From Candidatus Magasanikiibacteriota bacterium (GTDB lineage: Bacteria; Patescibacteriota; Patescibacteriia; Magasanikbacterales; GWA2-37-8), in assembly GCA_963840935.1 (NCBI GenBank), contig CAWJAS010000001.1, positions 512,875 through 576,874 of the forward strand: a stretch of 64,000 nucleotides of DNA. Reading direction: 5' to 3'. The position numbers and the translations under genes were made by a program. The notes beneath the pieces are model-generated. The model searched no databases, was not told the origin of the DNA, and saw only the letters and a program-made list of their open reading frames with translations. Shown piece by piece: positions 36,337-48,804 of this stretch. The first letter of the stretch is position 1. Each line of letters starts with the position of its first letter.

Positions 36337-37116
36337 ATGCATATTCCCGGATTGGCTCCAGATATCTTGTTCCATATCGGCTCAACGCCGATAACAAACA
36401 CAATGATAAATACATGGCTCGCGCTGATAATATTTATTGATTATCGGCTTTTTTATTCGTAAAAATGTCGCCATTCGCCCGGGGAAATTTCAAAATGCTT
36501 TTGAATTTTTTTTGGAGGCAATTCTCGGACTCTTTGACCAAGTAACGGGGGACCGCAAAAAAACAATGAAATTTTTTCCTTTAGTCGGCTCAATTTTTTT
36601 CTTTATTTTACTTTCAAATTGGCTTGGGCTTTTACCCGGAACCGGCAGTATTACCTTTAACCACAGTCCGCTTTTGCGTCCGGCCAACACTGATTTGAAT
36701 TTGGTTTTAGGCATGACACTCGTCGTCGCTCATCGCTTCGCACGTACTTGGTCTTTTTGCGGTTGGATTTTTTCGCTTATTTTGGAAAATTTATTCAAAT
36801 CAAACCTTTTATATTGAGTTTTAAAAAGGGGCCAATCGCCGTTTTTACGGCATTTGTCGAAATGTTTGTCGGTGTGTTAGAAATAATCAGTGAAATGGCA
36901 AAAGCGTTGTCGCTCACTTTTCGTTTATTCGGAAACATTTTCGCCGGTGAAGTATTGATTGTGGTCATGACCTCGCTTGTGGCATTTTTGGTTCCGACCC
37001 CTTTCATGCTTTTGGAACTTTTGGTCGGATTAATTCAAGCCGGAGTATTTTCTATTTTAACGCTAGTCTATCTTACCGTCGCCACCACCGAACCGCACGG
37101 AGCGGAAAGTCATTAA
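36337..37116 (+). CDS. atpB: ATP synthase F0 subunit a, interrupted by three apparent +1 insertions
   Basis: Pieces MHIPGLAP..PITNTMINTW / FQNAFE..SNWLGLLPG..RPANTDLN / IASHVLGL / EIISEMAKALSLTFRLFGNIFAGE..LIQAGVF lie in frames 1, 2, 3, 1. Confidence 0.85.
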
Positions 37117-37152
37117 ATACAAAATTAATTAATTATTAAATAATTTAATTGT

Positions 37153-37374
37153 ATGGAGCACGAATCAATCGTAGTTCTCGCCAAAGCGATTATTATGGCG
37201 GTTTCAGGAATGGGCCCGGGTCTCGCCATTGGTATTTTGGTCGCCAGAGCGATGGAAGCAATCGGCAGAAATCCGGAAGCTAGCGGAAAAGTTTTTGTCC
37301 CAATGCTTTTGGGCGCGGCTTTTGCGGAGGCTATCGCCATTTACGCGTTGGTAGTCGTTTTTACGCTTAAATAA
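37153..37374 (+). CDS. atpE: ATP synthase F0 subunit c
   Basis: GRNPEA loop, AFAEAIAIY. Confidence 0.95.
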   Translation: MEHESIVVLAKAIIMAVSGMGPGLAIGILVARAMEAIGRNPEASGKVFVPMLLGAAFAEAIAIYALVVVFTLK

Positions 37375-37434
37375 TCTTTTAGGGCGAAACTGCGACGCAG
37401 GTTCGCTCAATAAATATTATTTAATATTCGATTT

Positions 37435-37992
37435 ATGAATTTTGTGCAAACAGCTTACGCCACATCACACGAAACGGCCGAGGTCGTCGTCGAACAAGGC
37501 TTGCTCGGCTCAATGGGTATTGATTTAAAAATGTTCATCCTTCAATTGGTAAACTTGGCCATTGTTTTTATTATTCTTTGGTTTTTGATATTAAAACCGC
37601 TGACTAAAAAAATGGCGGAACGTCAAAAAACAATCGACGAAAGTCTTGAAAATTCAAAAAAGATAGAGCAGATGCTCCAAAAATCCGAGGATGATTACAA
37701 AGACCAAATGCATACGGCAAAGACTGAGGCAAATCAAATTTTAGAAAAAGCAAAATTGGACGCCGAACTGACCGCGGAATCAATTAAAAAAAATACAAAA
37801 AACGATATTGACCAAATGGCGCTTACGGCCAAAAAAAACATAGATGATGAAAAACAAAAAATGGTCGCGAACTTTAAAAATGAGGCGGCTGATATTGTGG
37901 TACTCGCCCTTAAAAAAATCGTTTCCAACAATTTTGACACAAGCAAAGATAAAAAGGAGATTGATGACGCTCTTGAGATGATAAATAAATAA
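37435..37992 (+). CDS. atpF: ATP synthase F0 subunit b
   Basis: QLVNL..KPL..ERQKTI coiled coil. Confidence 0.92.
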   Translation: MNFVQTAYATSHETAEVVVEQGLLGSMGIDLKMFILQLVNLAIVFIILWFLILKPLTKKMAERQKTIDESLENSKKIEQMLQKSEDDYKDQMHTAKTEANQILEKAKLDAELTAESIKKNTKNDIDQMALTAKKNIDDEKQKMVANFKNEAADIVVLALKKIVSNNFDTSKDKKEIDDALEMINK

Positions 37993-37995
37993 ATT

Positions 37996-38385
37996 ATGAA
38001 AAAAAATAGCGTCAAACAATACGCCGTGGCTTTGCACCAAGCGCTCGGCCTGGTAAAAAAAGAAAGCGACACCAGCGCTATTTTAAAAAATTTTAGCGCT
38101 TTGTTGGCCCGTGAAAAATTGTTAAAAAAATCACCGGCTATAATCAAAGAATTCGTCAAATATTCCAATGAAAAAGAGGGTATCGAAAGCGTAGAGGTCA
38201 AATCCGCTCGTCCGCTTGATAAAAAATCCATTGAAGCGATAAAAAAATATTTTGGCAACAAAATTATTTTGACCGAAAAAATCGACACGGAACTTATCGG
38301 TGGAGCGGTAATTAAAACAAAAGATTATATTATTGACGGCAGTATTCTAAAACATATTAATAATTTAAAACAACAGTTAATATAA
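37996..38385 (+). CDS. atpH: ATP synthase F1 subunit delta (short)
   Basis: YAVAL, VKSARPL, DTELIGG, IIDGSI; operon position. Confidence 0.85.
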   Translation: MKKNSVKQYAVALHQALGLVKKESDTSAILKNFSALLAREKLLKKSPAIIKEFVKYSNEKEGIESVEVKSARPLDKKSIEAIKKYFGNKIILTEKIDTELIGGAVIKTKDYIIDGSILKHINNLKQQLI

Positions 38386-38391
38386 ATCACT

Positions 38392-39888
38392 ATGTCCATA
38401 AACAGTATTTTGGAAGAATTAAAAAAGAATATATCTTCTTTTGAAAAAAAAGTGGAAACCGAAGAGGTTGGCGAAATAATTGACGTGGGCGATAACATAG
38501 CGCACATCAGCGGGCTGAGAAATTGCCAATCAAGTGAGATGCTTGAGTTCCCGGGTAACTCATTCGGAGTGGCGCTTAACCTTGAAGACGAGACCATCGG
38601 CGCGGTTCTTCTTGGCGAGTCAAAACACTTGAAAGAAGGGGATACTGTGAAAAGAACCGGAAGAATATTGTCTGTTCCGGTGGGCGAGGAATTAATTGGC
38701 CGTGTGGTTAACCCTCTTGGTTCGGCAATTGACGGAGGAAGTGAAATAAATACAAAAACTTTTTATCCGATTGAAAAAATCGCGCCGGGCGTCATGACAA
38801 GAGAACCGGTGGCTGAACCATTGCAAACCGGCATCAAAGCTATTGATTCAATGATTCCGATTGGACGCGGTCAACGCGAATTAATTATCGGAGACAGACA
38901 AACCGGTAAAACGGCCGTGGCAATTGACACTATCATAAACCAAAAAGGCAAAAACATGATTTGTGTTTATGTGGCAATCGGCCAAAAAGAATCAAAAATC
39001 GCAAGAATTGTCACCAAACTCAAAGAATCGGGAGCAATGGACTATACAATCGTTGTTGTGGCCGGCGCCTCGGACCCCGCTTCGACCTTATATTTGGCTC
39101 CATACGCCGGAGTGGCGATGGCCGAGTATTTTATGGACAAGGGCAAAGACGTGCTTTGCGTTTACGACGATTTATCAAAACAAGCTTGGGCTTACAGAGA
39201 AATATCACTATTATTACGACGCCCGCCGGGAAGAGAAGCTTATCCGGGCGATGTTTTTTATCTTCACTCAAGATTGCTTGAACGAGCTTGTCGCAGAAAT
39301 AAAGAAGCCGGCGGAGGTTCAATTACCGCTCTGCCTATCATAGAAACTCAATCCGGCGATGTAACGGCCTACATTCCAACCAATGTTATTTCGATTACCG
39401 ACGGCCAAATTTATCTTGAATCTGATTTATTTTACCGTGGAATCAGACCGGCTTTAAACGTCGGCTTGTCGGTATCGCGCGTCGGTTCGGCGGCGCAAAT
39501 AAAACCAATGAAAAAAGTGGCCGGTAAATTAAAATTATCAATGGCGCAATTCAGAGAGTTAGAAGCTTTTGCGCAATTCGCCAGTGATTTGGACCCGGAA
39601 ACGAAAAAACAAATAAATTTGGGTCAAAGATTGGTTGAAATATTAAAACAACCGCAATACACCCCAATGTCCGTTGCCAATCAAGTGGCTATAATTTATG
39701 CAGTATCGAACGGGTACGCAGAAAATATCGACGTTAAAAACATTGACCGTTGGGAAACAAAATTTCATCAATTCATCAATAATTCAAAATCTTTATTGCT
39801 CGAAAAAATTGAAGGTGGCGATTGGAATGAAGAAATAGAAAATGAATTAAAATCTGCTTGCGAAGAATTCGCACAAATGGCGGAATAA
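38392..39888 (+). CDS. atpA: ATP synthase F1 subunit alpha
   Basis: [29 protein letters not shown]. Confidence 0.98.
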   Translation: MSINSILEELKKNISSFEKKVETEEVGEIIDVGDNIAHISGLRNCQSSEMLEFPGNSFGVALNLEDETIGAVLLGESKHLKEGDTVKRTGRILSVPVGEELIGRVVNPLGSAIDGGSEINTKTFYPIEKIAPGVMTREPVAEPLQTGIKAIDSMIPIGRGQRELIIGDRQTGKTAVAIDTIINQKGKNMICVYVAIGQKESKIARIVTKLKESGAMDYTIVVVAGASDPASTLYLAPYAGVAMAEYFMDKGKDVLCVYDDLSKQAWAYREISLLLRRPPGREAYPGDVFYLHSRLLERACRRNKEAGGGSITALPIIETQSGDVTAYIPTNVISITDGQIYLESDLFYRGIRPALNVGLSVSRVGSAAQIKPMKKVAGKLKLSMAQFRELEAFAQFASDLDPETKKQINLGQRLVEILKQPQYTPMSVANQVAIIYAVSNGYAENIDVKNIDRWETKFHQFINNSKSLLLEKIEGGDWNEEIENELKSACEEFAQMAE

Positions 39889-39894
39889 TCAACT

Positions 39895-40794
39895 ATGGCT
39901 TTAAACACAAAAATAATTAAGCGCAGAATCAAATCCGTTGGTTCAACAAAGAAAATCACCAAAGCGATGGAGATGATTTCTGCGGTCAAAATGAGGCGCG
40001 CTGTGGCCAATGTTTTGGCTACTCGAAACTACGCCTCGCTAGCCTGGCAAATGCTTGTTGATGTGGCCGGAAAAACAAACGTCAATTTGCACCCACTGCT
40101 CGTCAAAAGACCAATTTCAAAAATTGCGCTAATTTTAATCGCTTCAAACCGTGGTTTGGCCGGCGGTTTTAATAGCAGGGTTTTAATGGAAGCAAACTCA
40201 TTTTTAAAAAAATTTCAAGACACGGCGCAAAACATTGATATATTTATTAACGGAAAAAAAGCCAGAAAAATATATCATCAATTTGGATATAATATTGCCG
40301 CAGAATTCGAAAAATTGGATTTAACTCTTAACATTAATGAAATATATCCGATTTCAAAAATGATAATTTCCGATTACAATGAAAACAAATACGACGCCGT
40401 ATTTTTATGCTACACCGATTACATATCAGCGATAAAACAAATTCCGAAAATTAAAAAACTATTACCGCTTGGGCAGGAACCGGATTCAACGCTCGGGGGG
40501 ATCGGGGAATCGGAAGCAACCAAATTAAAAAAAGATGAAATTGAATTTTTATTTGAACCGAACCCGGTTGAAGTACTAGACACTTTACTGCCCAAATTAA
40601 TTGAAATGCAAATTTATCAAGCGGCTCTTGAATCCGATGCTTCAGAACACAGCGCGAGAATGATGGCAATGCGAAACGCTTCCGATGCCGCCGAAGAAAT
40701 GATTAACGAATTAAATTATAATTTTAATAAAGCCCGCCAAGCTGCGATTACGCAAGAAATTTCCGAGATCGTAAGTGGCGCCGCGGCCTTATGA
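39895..40794 (+). CDS. atpG: ATP synthase F1 subunit gamma
   Basis: KITKAMEMIS, RGLAGGFN, ARQAAITQEISEI. Confidence 0.97.
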   Translation: MALNTKIIKRRIKSVGSTKKITKAMEMISAVKMRRAVANVLATRNYASLAWQMLVDVAGKTNVNLHPLLVKRPISKIALILIASNRGLAGGFNSRVLMEANSFLKKFQDTAQNIDIFINGKKARKIYHQFGYNIAAEFEKLDLTLNINEIYPISKMIISDYNENKYDAVFLCYTDYISAIKQIPKIKKLLPLGQEPDSTLGGIGESEATKLKKDEIEFLFEPNPVEVLDTLLPKLIEMQIYQAALESDASEHSARMMAMRNASDAAEEMINELNYNFNKARQAAITQEISEIVSGAAAL

Positions 40795-40797
40795 TAA

Positions 40798-42183
<1,386 letters not shown>

Positions 42184-42197
42184 AAATCCTCGTAAAT

Positions 42198-42635
42198 ATG
42201 CAAAAAAAAATAAAATTTCAAATCATAACCCCCGAACGAGTTGTATTTGCCGATGAAATCGACCAAGTTTCAGTTATGACAAAGGATGGTGAAATAACAA
42301 TTCTACCGAACCATTTGCCGATTATATCTGTTTTACAAATTGGCGAATTAAGATGTAAAAAAGATGAAAAAGAATATTCAATGGCCGTAACCGGAGGGTT
42401 TGTTGAAGTTAAACCCGACAGTTCGGTTGTCATCTTGGCTGATGTGGCAGAAAAAGCAGAAGAAATTAATATTGAAGAAGCCGAGCTAGCCAGAAAAAAA
42501 GCTTTAGAAACAATGAAAGAACAAAGGACAATGGACAGCCTGGAATACGCAGCTCTTCAAGCGACACTTAACAAAGCGCTTATGCGCCTAAAAGTAGGGA
42601 ATAAATACAAAAATATTAAACCGGGCATCAGATAA
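42198..42635 (+). CDS. atpC: ATP synthase F1 subunit epsilon
   Basis: IITPER, GEITILPNH, GGFVEV. Confidence 0.95.
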   Translation: MQKKIKFQIITPERVVFADEIDQVSVMTKDGEITILPNHLPIISVLQIGELRCKKDEKEYSMAVTGGFVEVKPDSSVVILADVAEKAEEINIEEAELARKKALETMKEQRTMDSLEYAALQATLNKALMRLKVGNKYKNIKPGIR

Positions 42636-42668
42636 ATGAAAGTTAAATTACAAAATAAAACGATTAAT

Positions 42669-42693
42669 AAATACCGCCTTGTGCGGTATTTTT
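42669..42693 (+). terminator. atp operon terminator
   Basis: AAATACCGC-CTTGT-GCGGTATTTTT. Confidence 0.7.
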
Positions 42694-42718
42694 GTATTTG
42701 TTATACTACCGCACACAC

Positions 42719-45667
42719 ATGATAAAAACAGTTTCAAAGCTAAATTCCGCCCAAAAACAGGCCGTTGAACATATTCAAGGGCCTTTGATTATTGTTGCCG
42801 GAGCAGGTACCGGAAAAACTACGGTTATCACCCAAAAAATCAAATTTTTAATTGACAACAAATTAGCCGAGCCGGAAGAAATTTTGGCTTTGACTTTTAA
42901 TGAAAAGGCCGCGGCCGAAATGCAAAACCGCATAGATGAAACAATAGAAATCGGATATTTAAATACGAACATACACACTTTTCACGCTTTTTGCGAGCGT
43001 CTTTTGGAAAGACACGCAATTGATATCGGTTTGCCGGCGCATTTTAAAATGCTTAGCCCCTCCGACGCTTGGATCTTAATCAGAAAACATTTGGATAAAT
43101 TCGAGCTTGATTATTACCGTCCGATTGGAAACCCGACAAAAAATATACACGAATTGATTAAGCATTTTTCCAAGTGCAAAGACGAAATGATTAGCCCTGA
43201 TGATTATTTGGAATACGCGGAAAATATTCAATTGAACAAAGACAGCGCGCAGATTGAAGAAAAAAGCAGGCTTACGGAAATCAGCCGAGCTTATCACGCA
43301 TACAATCAATTACTGCTAAAAAATTCTTGCTTGGATTTTGGCGACCTTATATATTACGCCAACATTTTGTTGTCAAAACGTCCAAATATATTAAAAGAAA
43401 TCCATGAACAATTCAAATATATTTTGGTTGATGAATTTCAAGATGTAAATTGGTCACAATATGAACTGATTAAAAAATTAACCGGTGAATCCACGCAATT
43501 AACTGTTGTGGGCGATGACGACCAAAGTATTTATGCGTTTAGAGGCGCTTCGGTGTCAAATATATTAAAATTCAAAGTAGATTATCCTAATGCCACCGAA
43601 ATTATTCTCACGGAAAATTATCGGTCAGGCCAACAAATTTTAGACAAAGCATATGAACTAATTCAAAATAACAATCCCGACCGTTTGGAAATCAAATTAA
43701 ATATTAACAAAAAATTAAACAGTAACTCCCGTGAAAAAGGCAACGTTATTCACTCTTATGCAAACAACATGGAGGAAGAGGCCAATTTTGTCGGCGAAGA
43801 AATCATTAAAATCAAAGAAGCAAATCCCGATACTTTATGGGATGATTTTGCGATTTTAATCAGAGCGAACAGTCATGCCGACGCATTTATGTCCAAATTG
43901 GAACAGATGAGAATTCCCTATGAATTTTTGGCTTCCGCGGGGCTTTATCGCCAACCAATCGTTCTTGATTGTATTAATTATTTCAAGGTCATTGATAATT
44001 ACCACGAATCGGCGTCAATTTACAGATTGTTAAGAATGCCACCTGTTGGTTTAGACGAAAACGATATTCAAAAAATACTATTTTTTGCCAAAAAAATTAA
44101 ATCGATTTCTTATTATGAAGCGTTAAACCGCAGAGCGGAAATTGATTTATCAGATGAGGGAAAAATAAAAATTGATAAATTGTTTTCTGCCTTGAAAGAA
44201 GGAATAAACGGCGCAAAAAATAACAAACCCACGGCCTTGTTATATAAATTTCTGGAATCGAGCGGTTATTTAAAATATCTTCTTGAGGGGGAAACCTGCG
44301 GAGAGAAAAATACTATCAGGCAAATTTTTCAACTAAGCCAATTTTTTGAATACATTGCCAACTATGAAAAAATAACTCCCGACCCGGCGGTTGCCGATTT
44401 TATGGATCACTTTTCGCAAATTTTAGAATCCGGAGATTTGGGAATAATTAAACAACCGGAAGATACTCCCGACTCAGTAAATATATTAACCGTGCACACG
44501 GCAAAAGGGCTTGAATATAAATATGTTTTTATGGTTAATTTGGTTGAGGAAAGATTTCCAACCAGACGGAGAGGGGAGATGATTGAAATGCCGGTTGAAT
44601 TAATCAAAGAGCAATTACCCGAAGGAGACAGTCATGAGCAAGAAGAACGGCGTTTGTTTTATGTGGCGATGACGCGCGCCAAAGAGCGACTATATTTGGT
44701 GAGTGCCGATAATTACGGGGGAGCCAGAACAAAAAAAATCAGTCGTTTCTTGGCGGAAATTGGATACAACGCCACGAGTACAGAAAATAAAGAAACAAAA
44801 TCAAAATTATCAAATTTTGACAATTCTTTGCGCAAGCAAAATGACAATTCGGATTTTAAATACGAAATTCCAAATTATTTTTCTTTTACGGACTTGCAAA
44901 CATATAATTCCTGCCCATACAAATATAAACTTGGAAGAATTTTAAAATTGCCGACACAAGGAAGTCCAAGTATGACATTCGGTTCGGTCATGCATGCAAC
45001 GCTTGAAGAATTTTATAAATTGCTCATGGAGATTAATTCGATAAAGCAAAACGCGCTATTTAATGAACCGACCGAGCCGAATACAGGTAGCAAAATAAAA
45101 GCGCCCCCGATTGAAAAACTATATGAGTTATTTGACGCTTTTTGGCGCTCTGATTCCTATTTGGATACAAGGCAGAGAGAAGATTTTTATCAAAAAGGAA
45201 AAAATATACTGGCCGATTTTTATAAAAAAAATAATAATAGCGGATGGACAATGCCGGTCGCTCTAGAAACAAAATTTTCCGTTAAAATTGGTGATGGGAT
45301 AATTACCGGAAGAATAGACCGTGTTGATATGTCTGCCCCCGGCAAATTGGAAATTATTGATTACAAAACCGGCAAAAGCAAAGACAAGCTTGATAGCGAA
45401 AGCAAGGAACAATTATTGATTTACCAAATTGTTCTCGAACAGCTTCCTCAATTCAAAGCCATTGGAAACTGTGAAAAACTAACTTATTATTATTTAGACG
45501 ATAATTCCAAATTGTCTTTTCTTGGAAATGAAAAAGATGTCGAAAAAATGAATGATAAAATTTCCGAGGCGATAAAAAATATTCGCAAAGGCGATTTTCC
45601 GCCAAAACCCGAAAAATATTATTGCGGACACTGTGATTTCCGCGATATCTGTGATTATCGACAATAA
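42719..45667 (+). CDS. UvrD/PcrA-family helicase fused to a C-terminal PD-(D/E)XK nuclease with four Cys
   Basis: AGAGTGKT, DEFQD, VGDDDQSIYAFRGA, EERRLFYVAMTRA; then CPYKY...GRIDRVD..IIDYKTG..QL.IY...CGHCDFRDIC. Confidence 0.9.
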   Translation: MIKTVSKLNSAQKQAVEHIQGPLIIVAGAGTGKTTVITQKIKFLIDNKLAEPEEILALTFNEKAAAEMQNRIDETIEIGYLNTNIHTFHAFCERLLERHAIDIGLPAHFKMLSPSDAWILIRKHLDKFELDYYRPIGNPTKNIHELIKHFSKCKDEMISPDDYLEYAENIQLNKDSAQIEEKSRLTEISRAYHAYNQLLLKNSCLDFGDLIYYANILLSKRPNILKEIHEQFKYILVDEFQDVNWSQYELIKKLTGESTQLTVVGDDDQSIYAFRGASVSNILKFKVDYPNATEIILTENYRSGQQILDKAYELIQNNNPDRLEIKLNINKKLNSNSREKGNVIHSYANNMEEEANFVGEEIIKIKEANPDTLWDDFAILIRANSHADAFMSKLEQMRIPYEFLASAGLYRQPIVLDCINYFKVIDNYHESASIYRLLRMPPVGLDENDIQKILFFAKKIKSISYYEALNRRAEIDLSDEGKIKIDKLFSALKEGINGAKNNKPTALLYKFLESSGYLKYLLEGETCGEKNTIRQIFQLSQFFEYIANYEKITPDPAVADFMDHFSQILESGDLGIIKQPEDTPDSVNILTVHTAKGLEYKYVFMVNLVEERFPTRRRGEMIEMPVELIKEQLPEGDSHEQEERRLFYVAMTRAKERLYLVSADNYGGARTKKISRFLAEIGYNATSTENKETKSKLSNFDNSLRKQNDNSDFKYEIPNYFSFTDLQTYNSCPYKYKLGRILKLPTQGSPSMTFGSVMHATLEEFYKLLMEINSIKQNALFNEPTEPNTGSKIKAPPIEKLYELFDAFWRSDSYLDTRQREDFYQKGKNILADFYKKNNNSGWTMPVALETKFSVKIGDGIITGRIDRVDMSAPGKLEIIDYKTGKSKDKLDSESKEQLLIYQIVLEQLPQFKAIGNCEKLTYYYLDDNSKLSFLGNEKDVEKMNDKISEAIKNIRKGDFPPKPEKYYCGHCDFRDICDYRQ

Positions 45668-45673
45668 AATAAT

Positions 45674-45964
45674 ATGAAATCATTGTTAAATTTATTAAAA
45701 TCCAGAAAAAACGAATCGACAGTTATGAGGGGGGCGCATGCAGCGCTCACTGTTGAGTCGGCTAATAAAATAATCCAAGATATATTCGGCCCTGACAGCG
45801 CCAAATATATTGAGGTGATATATTACAAAAACGGGATTCTCGGTGTGCGCTGTAACGGGTCAAGCGCTAATCTGGAGGTAAAAATGCACGAAAATGAAAT
45901 TTTGGCTAAAATTAAACAAGAATTTGAAGGAATAAACCTGCAAAAAATAAAAATTATTTTCTAA
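45674..45964 (+). CDS. DUF721/DciA-like small protein
   Basis: Size and pattern YKNGILGVRC..ANLEVKMHENEILAKI. Confidence 0.55.
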   Translation: MKSLLNLLKSRKNESTVMRGAHAALTVESANKIIQDIFGPDSAKYIEVIYYKNGILGVRCNGSSANLEVKMHENEILAKIKQEFEGINLQKIKIIF

Positions 45965-46013
45965 TACTCAGCTTGCCAAAACCATAAACATTTGCTAAAA
46001 TAAAGCAAAACTT

Positions 46014-46415
46014 ATGACTTTGAAGCAATATTTGTTAATAATGAGCTTAGCCACATTAATCTGTTGGCTTGTTTGGGTAATGATAATTTTTGCTTATGAC
46101 CCGAATACCGCTGGTATAATTGGATTTATTTTTTTCTATGTCAGTCTGTATTTGTCCATTCTTGGAACTTTTTCTATTATTGTTTTTTTAATCAGGTCAA
46201 AAATCACAAAAAACGACGAAATTATTTTTCGACACATAAAAAGAACATTCAGACAGGGAATTTTCTTTGCCTGCTTGGTAATCGCAATTTTATTATTAGC
46301 GCAATTCAAACTATTAAATTGGTGGACCTTCGCCCTACTGTTTACTTGCTATGTTTTTTTGGAAAGTTTAATTTTCACCAGCAGAAAATATCAAAACAGA
46401 AATTATGTTAAATAA
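46014..46415 (+). CDS. Hypothetical 4-TM membrane protein
   Basis: Four hydrophobic segments, FRQG motif; coupled to mreB. Confidence 0.7.
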   Translation: MTLKQYLLIMSLATLICWLVWVMIIFAYDPNTAGIIGFIFFYVSLYLSILGTFSIIVFLIRSKITKNDEIIFRHIKRTFRQGIFFACLVIAILLLAQFKLLNWWTFALLFTCYVFLESLIFTSRKYQNRNYVK

Positions 46416-47457
46416 TATATTCAATAAATTCAGAAAAGATTTGGGCATTGACCTTGGGACGGCCAATACTTTAATTTATGTTAAAGGAAAGGGGATAATT
46501 ATAAACGAACCAAGCGTGGTTTCGATAAATTCTCGAACCGAACAAATTCTTGCCGTCGGGAATGAAGCCAAAGAAATGCTTGGCAAAACTCCCCCGCATA
46601 TTATTACAACACGGCCGTTATCCGGTGGCATTATTTCTGATTTTGAAGTGACCGAAAAAATGTTAAAACATTTTATCGATAAAATCAGCGAGGGAACCTT
46701 TTCTTTTATGGCCAGACCGAGAGTTGTTGTTGGCGCGCCGATTGATATTACCGAAGTCGAAAGAAAAGCCGTAAGCGATGCCGTGCTGAATGCCGGAGCG
46801 AGCGAAGTATGGATTGTTGAAGAGCCCATGTCCGCGGCAATCGGTTCAAGAATGCCAATACAAGAACCGATAGGCAATTTTATAGTTGACATTGGAGGCG
46901 GTACTACGGAAATTGCCGTCATCTCACTAAGTGGAATAGTCAAGTGGAAATCCATAAAAATCGCCGGCGACGAATTAAATTACAACATTTCACAATACGC
47001 CCGTGAAACTTTTAATCTTTTGGTGGGCGAACGACAAGCGGAAGAAATCAAAATTAAAATTGGTTCGGCCGTAGAAATGTCCGAAAAAATGGTTTACCCG
47101 ATGAGAGGACGCGATATGGTAACCGGCCTTCCCAAAGAAGTAATGATAAGCGACAGTGAAGTAAGAGAGGCCATTTCCAAATCTCTTCGAGCGATTGTGG
47201 ATAATATCAAAGCGACCCTTGAAGTCACTCCGCCGGAATTAGTGGCCGACATTCATGAAAGAGGACTGCTTTTAACCGGAGGAGGCGCTCTTTTGCGCGG
47301 AATTGACCACTTAATTATGAGAGCGACTCAAATTCCCGTGCGCATAGCGGACGACCCCTTAACCGCAGTGGCCAGAGGCGCCTCAATTTTACTTGATGAC
47401 CGCGAGCTTTTGCGCGAGGTCGCCGTTTTTCCGGCCAGAAATGACCGGCATAATTAA
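46405..47457 (+). CDS. mreB: Rod shape-determining protein MreB
   Basis: DLGIDLGTANT, EPMSAAIG, DIGGGTTE, LTGGGALL. Confidence 0.97.
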   Translation: MLNNIFNKFRKDLGIDLGTANTLIYVKGKGIIINEPSVVSINSRTEQILAVGNEAKEMLGKTPPHIITTRPLSGGIISDFEVTEKMLKHFIDKISEGTFSFMARPRVVVGAPIDITEVERKAVSDAVLNAGASEVWIVEEPMSAAIGSRMPIQEPIGNFIVDIGGGTTEIAVISLSGIVKWKSIKIAGDELNYNISQYARETFNLLVGERQAEEIKIKIGSAVEMSEKMVYPMRGRDMVTGLPKEVMISDSEVREAISKSLRAIVDNIKATLEVTPPELVADIHERGLLLTGGGALLRGIDHLIMRATQIPVRIADDPLTAVARGASILLDDRELLREVAVFPARNDRHN

Positions 47458-47460
47458 TAT

Positions 47461-48273
47461 ATGAAAATACAATTTCTCAAAAAAACCTACGTGGTCATAG
47501 GAGCAATACTTGTATTGCTCGTTTTTTTAAACTATTTCGGCTTTCTCGATTATTTTAAATATAATATAAGAAATTTATTTGAACCGATATTCGGAAAAGT
47601 AAACAGCATAAGCATTATGGCCGGCGATAATTATGAATTTTTTAAGGATCGAGAAAGTTTTTTTTCATCATATCGAGAGTGTCGCTCTTCTTTGGAGGAA
47701 ATGGCTGTGTTACAGGCAAATATAAAAATTCTTACGGAAGAAAACGCTCTTTTAAAAAAAACCATAAATTTTGTTGAACAAAAAGAATTTTCTCCAATTA
47801 CAGCCCGAGTTATTGGCCAGAATGTGGAAAAAACCGACCAAACAATTCTAATTAACGTCGGACTGGAAAATAACGTAAATATCGACCAACCGGTAATTGA
47901 GGGTAGTGGTATTTTGGTCGGAAAAATCGTTAAGTCAGAAAAAGGCTTATCAGTCGTTCGATTGTTAAACGATAATCAATCAAAAATCGCGGCAACGGTA
48001 TTGAACAATGATAAAAGTTTGGGAATAGTCGAAGGCGGTTATGGATTAAGCATTAAGATGAATTTTATTCCTCGCAACGAAATAGTTCGCATAGGTGATA
48101 TTATCGTCACTTCCGGTTTGGAAGACAATATACCAAGAGGACTTGTTATAGGCACTGTTTCAGCGATAGAAAATGAAACATACAGACCTTTTCAATCAGC
48201 TATTCTTACTCCGGCAACTGATTTATCAAAACTATATTTGATTACTGTATTAACGAATAATCAAAATGATTAA
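47461..48273 (+). CDS. mreC: Rod shape-determining protein MreC
   Basis: TM, coiled coil EENALLK, GDIIVTSGL..PRGLVIG. Confidence 0.93.
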   Translation: MKIQFLKKTYVVIGAILVLLVFLNYFGFLDYFKYNIRNLFEPIFGKVNSISIMAGDNYEFFKDRESFFSSYRECRSSLEEMAVLQANIKILTEENALLKKTINFVEQKEFSPITARVIGQNVEKTDQTILINVGLENNVNIDQPVIEGSGILVGKIVKSEKGLSVVRLLNDNQSKIAATVLNNDKSLGIVEGGYGLSIKMNFIPRNEIVRIGDIIVTSGLEDNIPRGLVIGTVSAIENETYRPFQSAILTPATDLSKLYLITVLTNNQND

Positions 48274-48802
48274 AAAGAATATTATCACAAATATATCTTT
48301 GTTTATTTTGGCTTTGGTTTTGTTTGTTTTACATATAATTATTTCCAACTTATTTCCGGAGCCATGGAACAGATTAAATGTAATATTTATTTCGGCAATG
48401 TGCGCGCTTTTATTCCAAAAAAAAACAAAATTTATTTGGCATATTTTTATTTTAGCTCTCATTACCGAGCTTTTTCTGGCCTCGCCTTTTGGACTTGCGA
48501 CAGGTACATTATTTATCGCGATCGCCGTGATGGATTGGATACTTTTAAACTTACTGACCAATCGTTTTTTTCTTATTATTTTTATTGCCGGATTTTTGGG
48601 AATGCTTATTTATAGACTTTCGTATTTGATTTTATACACGGCACTTCATTATATTGCCGGCCTGTCTTTTTCCGTAAGCCGAGCCGTTATATATGATTTT
48701 TTTATCGAGGCTCTGATCAACGCTTTGGTTCTAACATTTATATTTTTACTTTCTACATTAATGATTAAAAAATTCAATCCTAAATATTTAATCGACCGTT
48801 AA
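48266..48802 (+). CDS. mreD: MreD-like membrane protein
   Basis: Multi-TM gene between mreC and mrdA. Confidence 0.65.
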   Translation: MIKKNIITNISLFILALVLFVLHIIISNLFPEPWNRLNVIFISAMCALLFQKKTKFIWHIFILALITELFLASPFGLATGTLFIAIAVMDWILLNLLTNRFFLIIFIAGFLGMLIYRLSYLILYTALHYIAGLSFSVSRAVIYDFFIEALINALVLTFIFLLSTLMIKKFNPKYLIDR

Positions 48803-48804
48803 CC

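Noticed and set aside
44860-45667. Cas4 / CRISPR adaptation gene
   Set aside because: The 4-Cys PD-(D/E)XK domain is fused to a UvrD helicase, and there is no cas1/cas2 or array.
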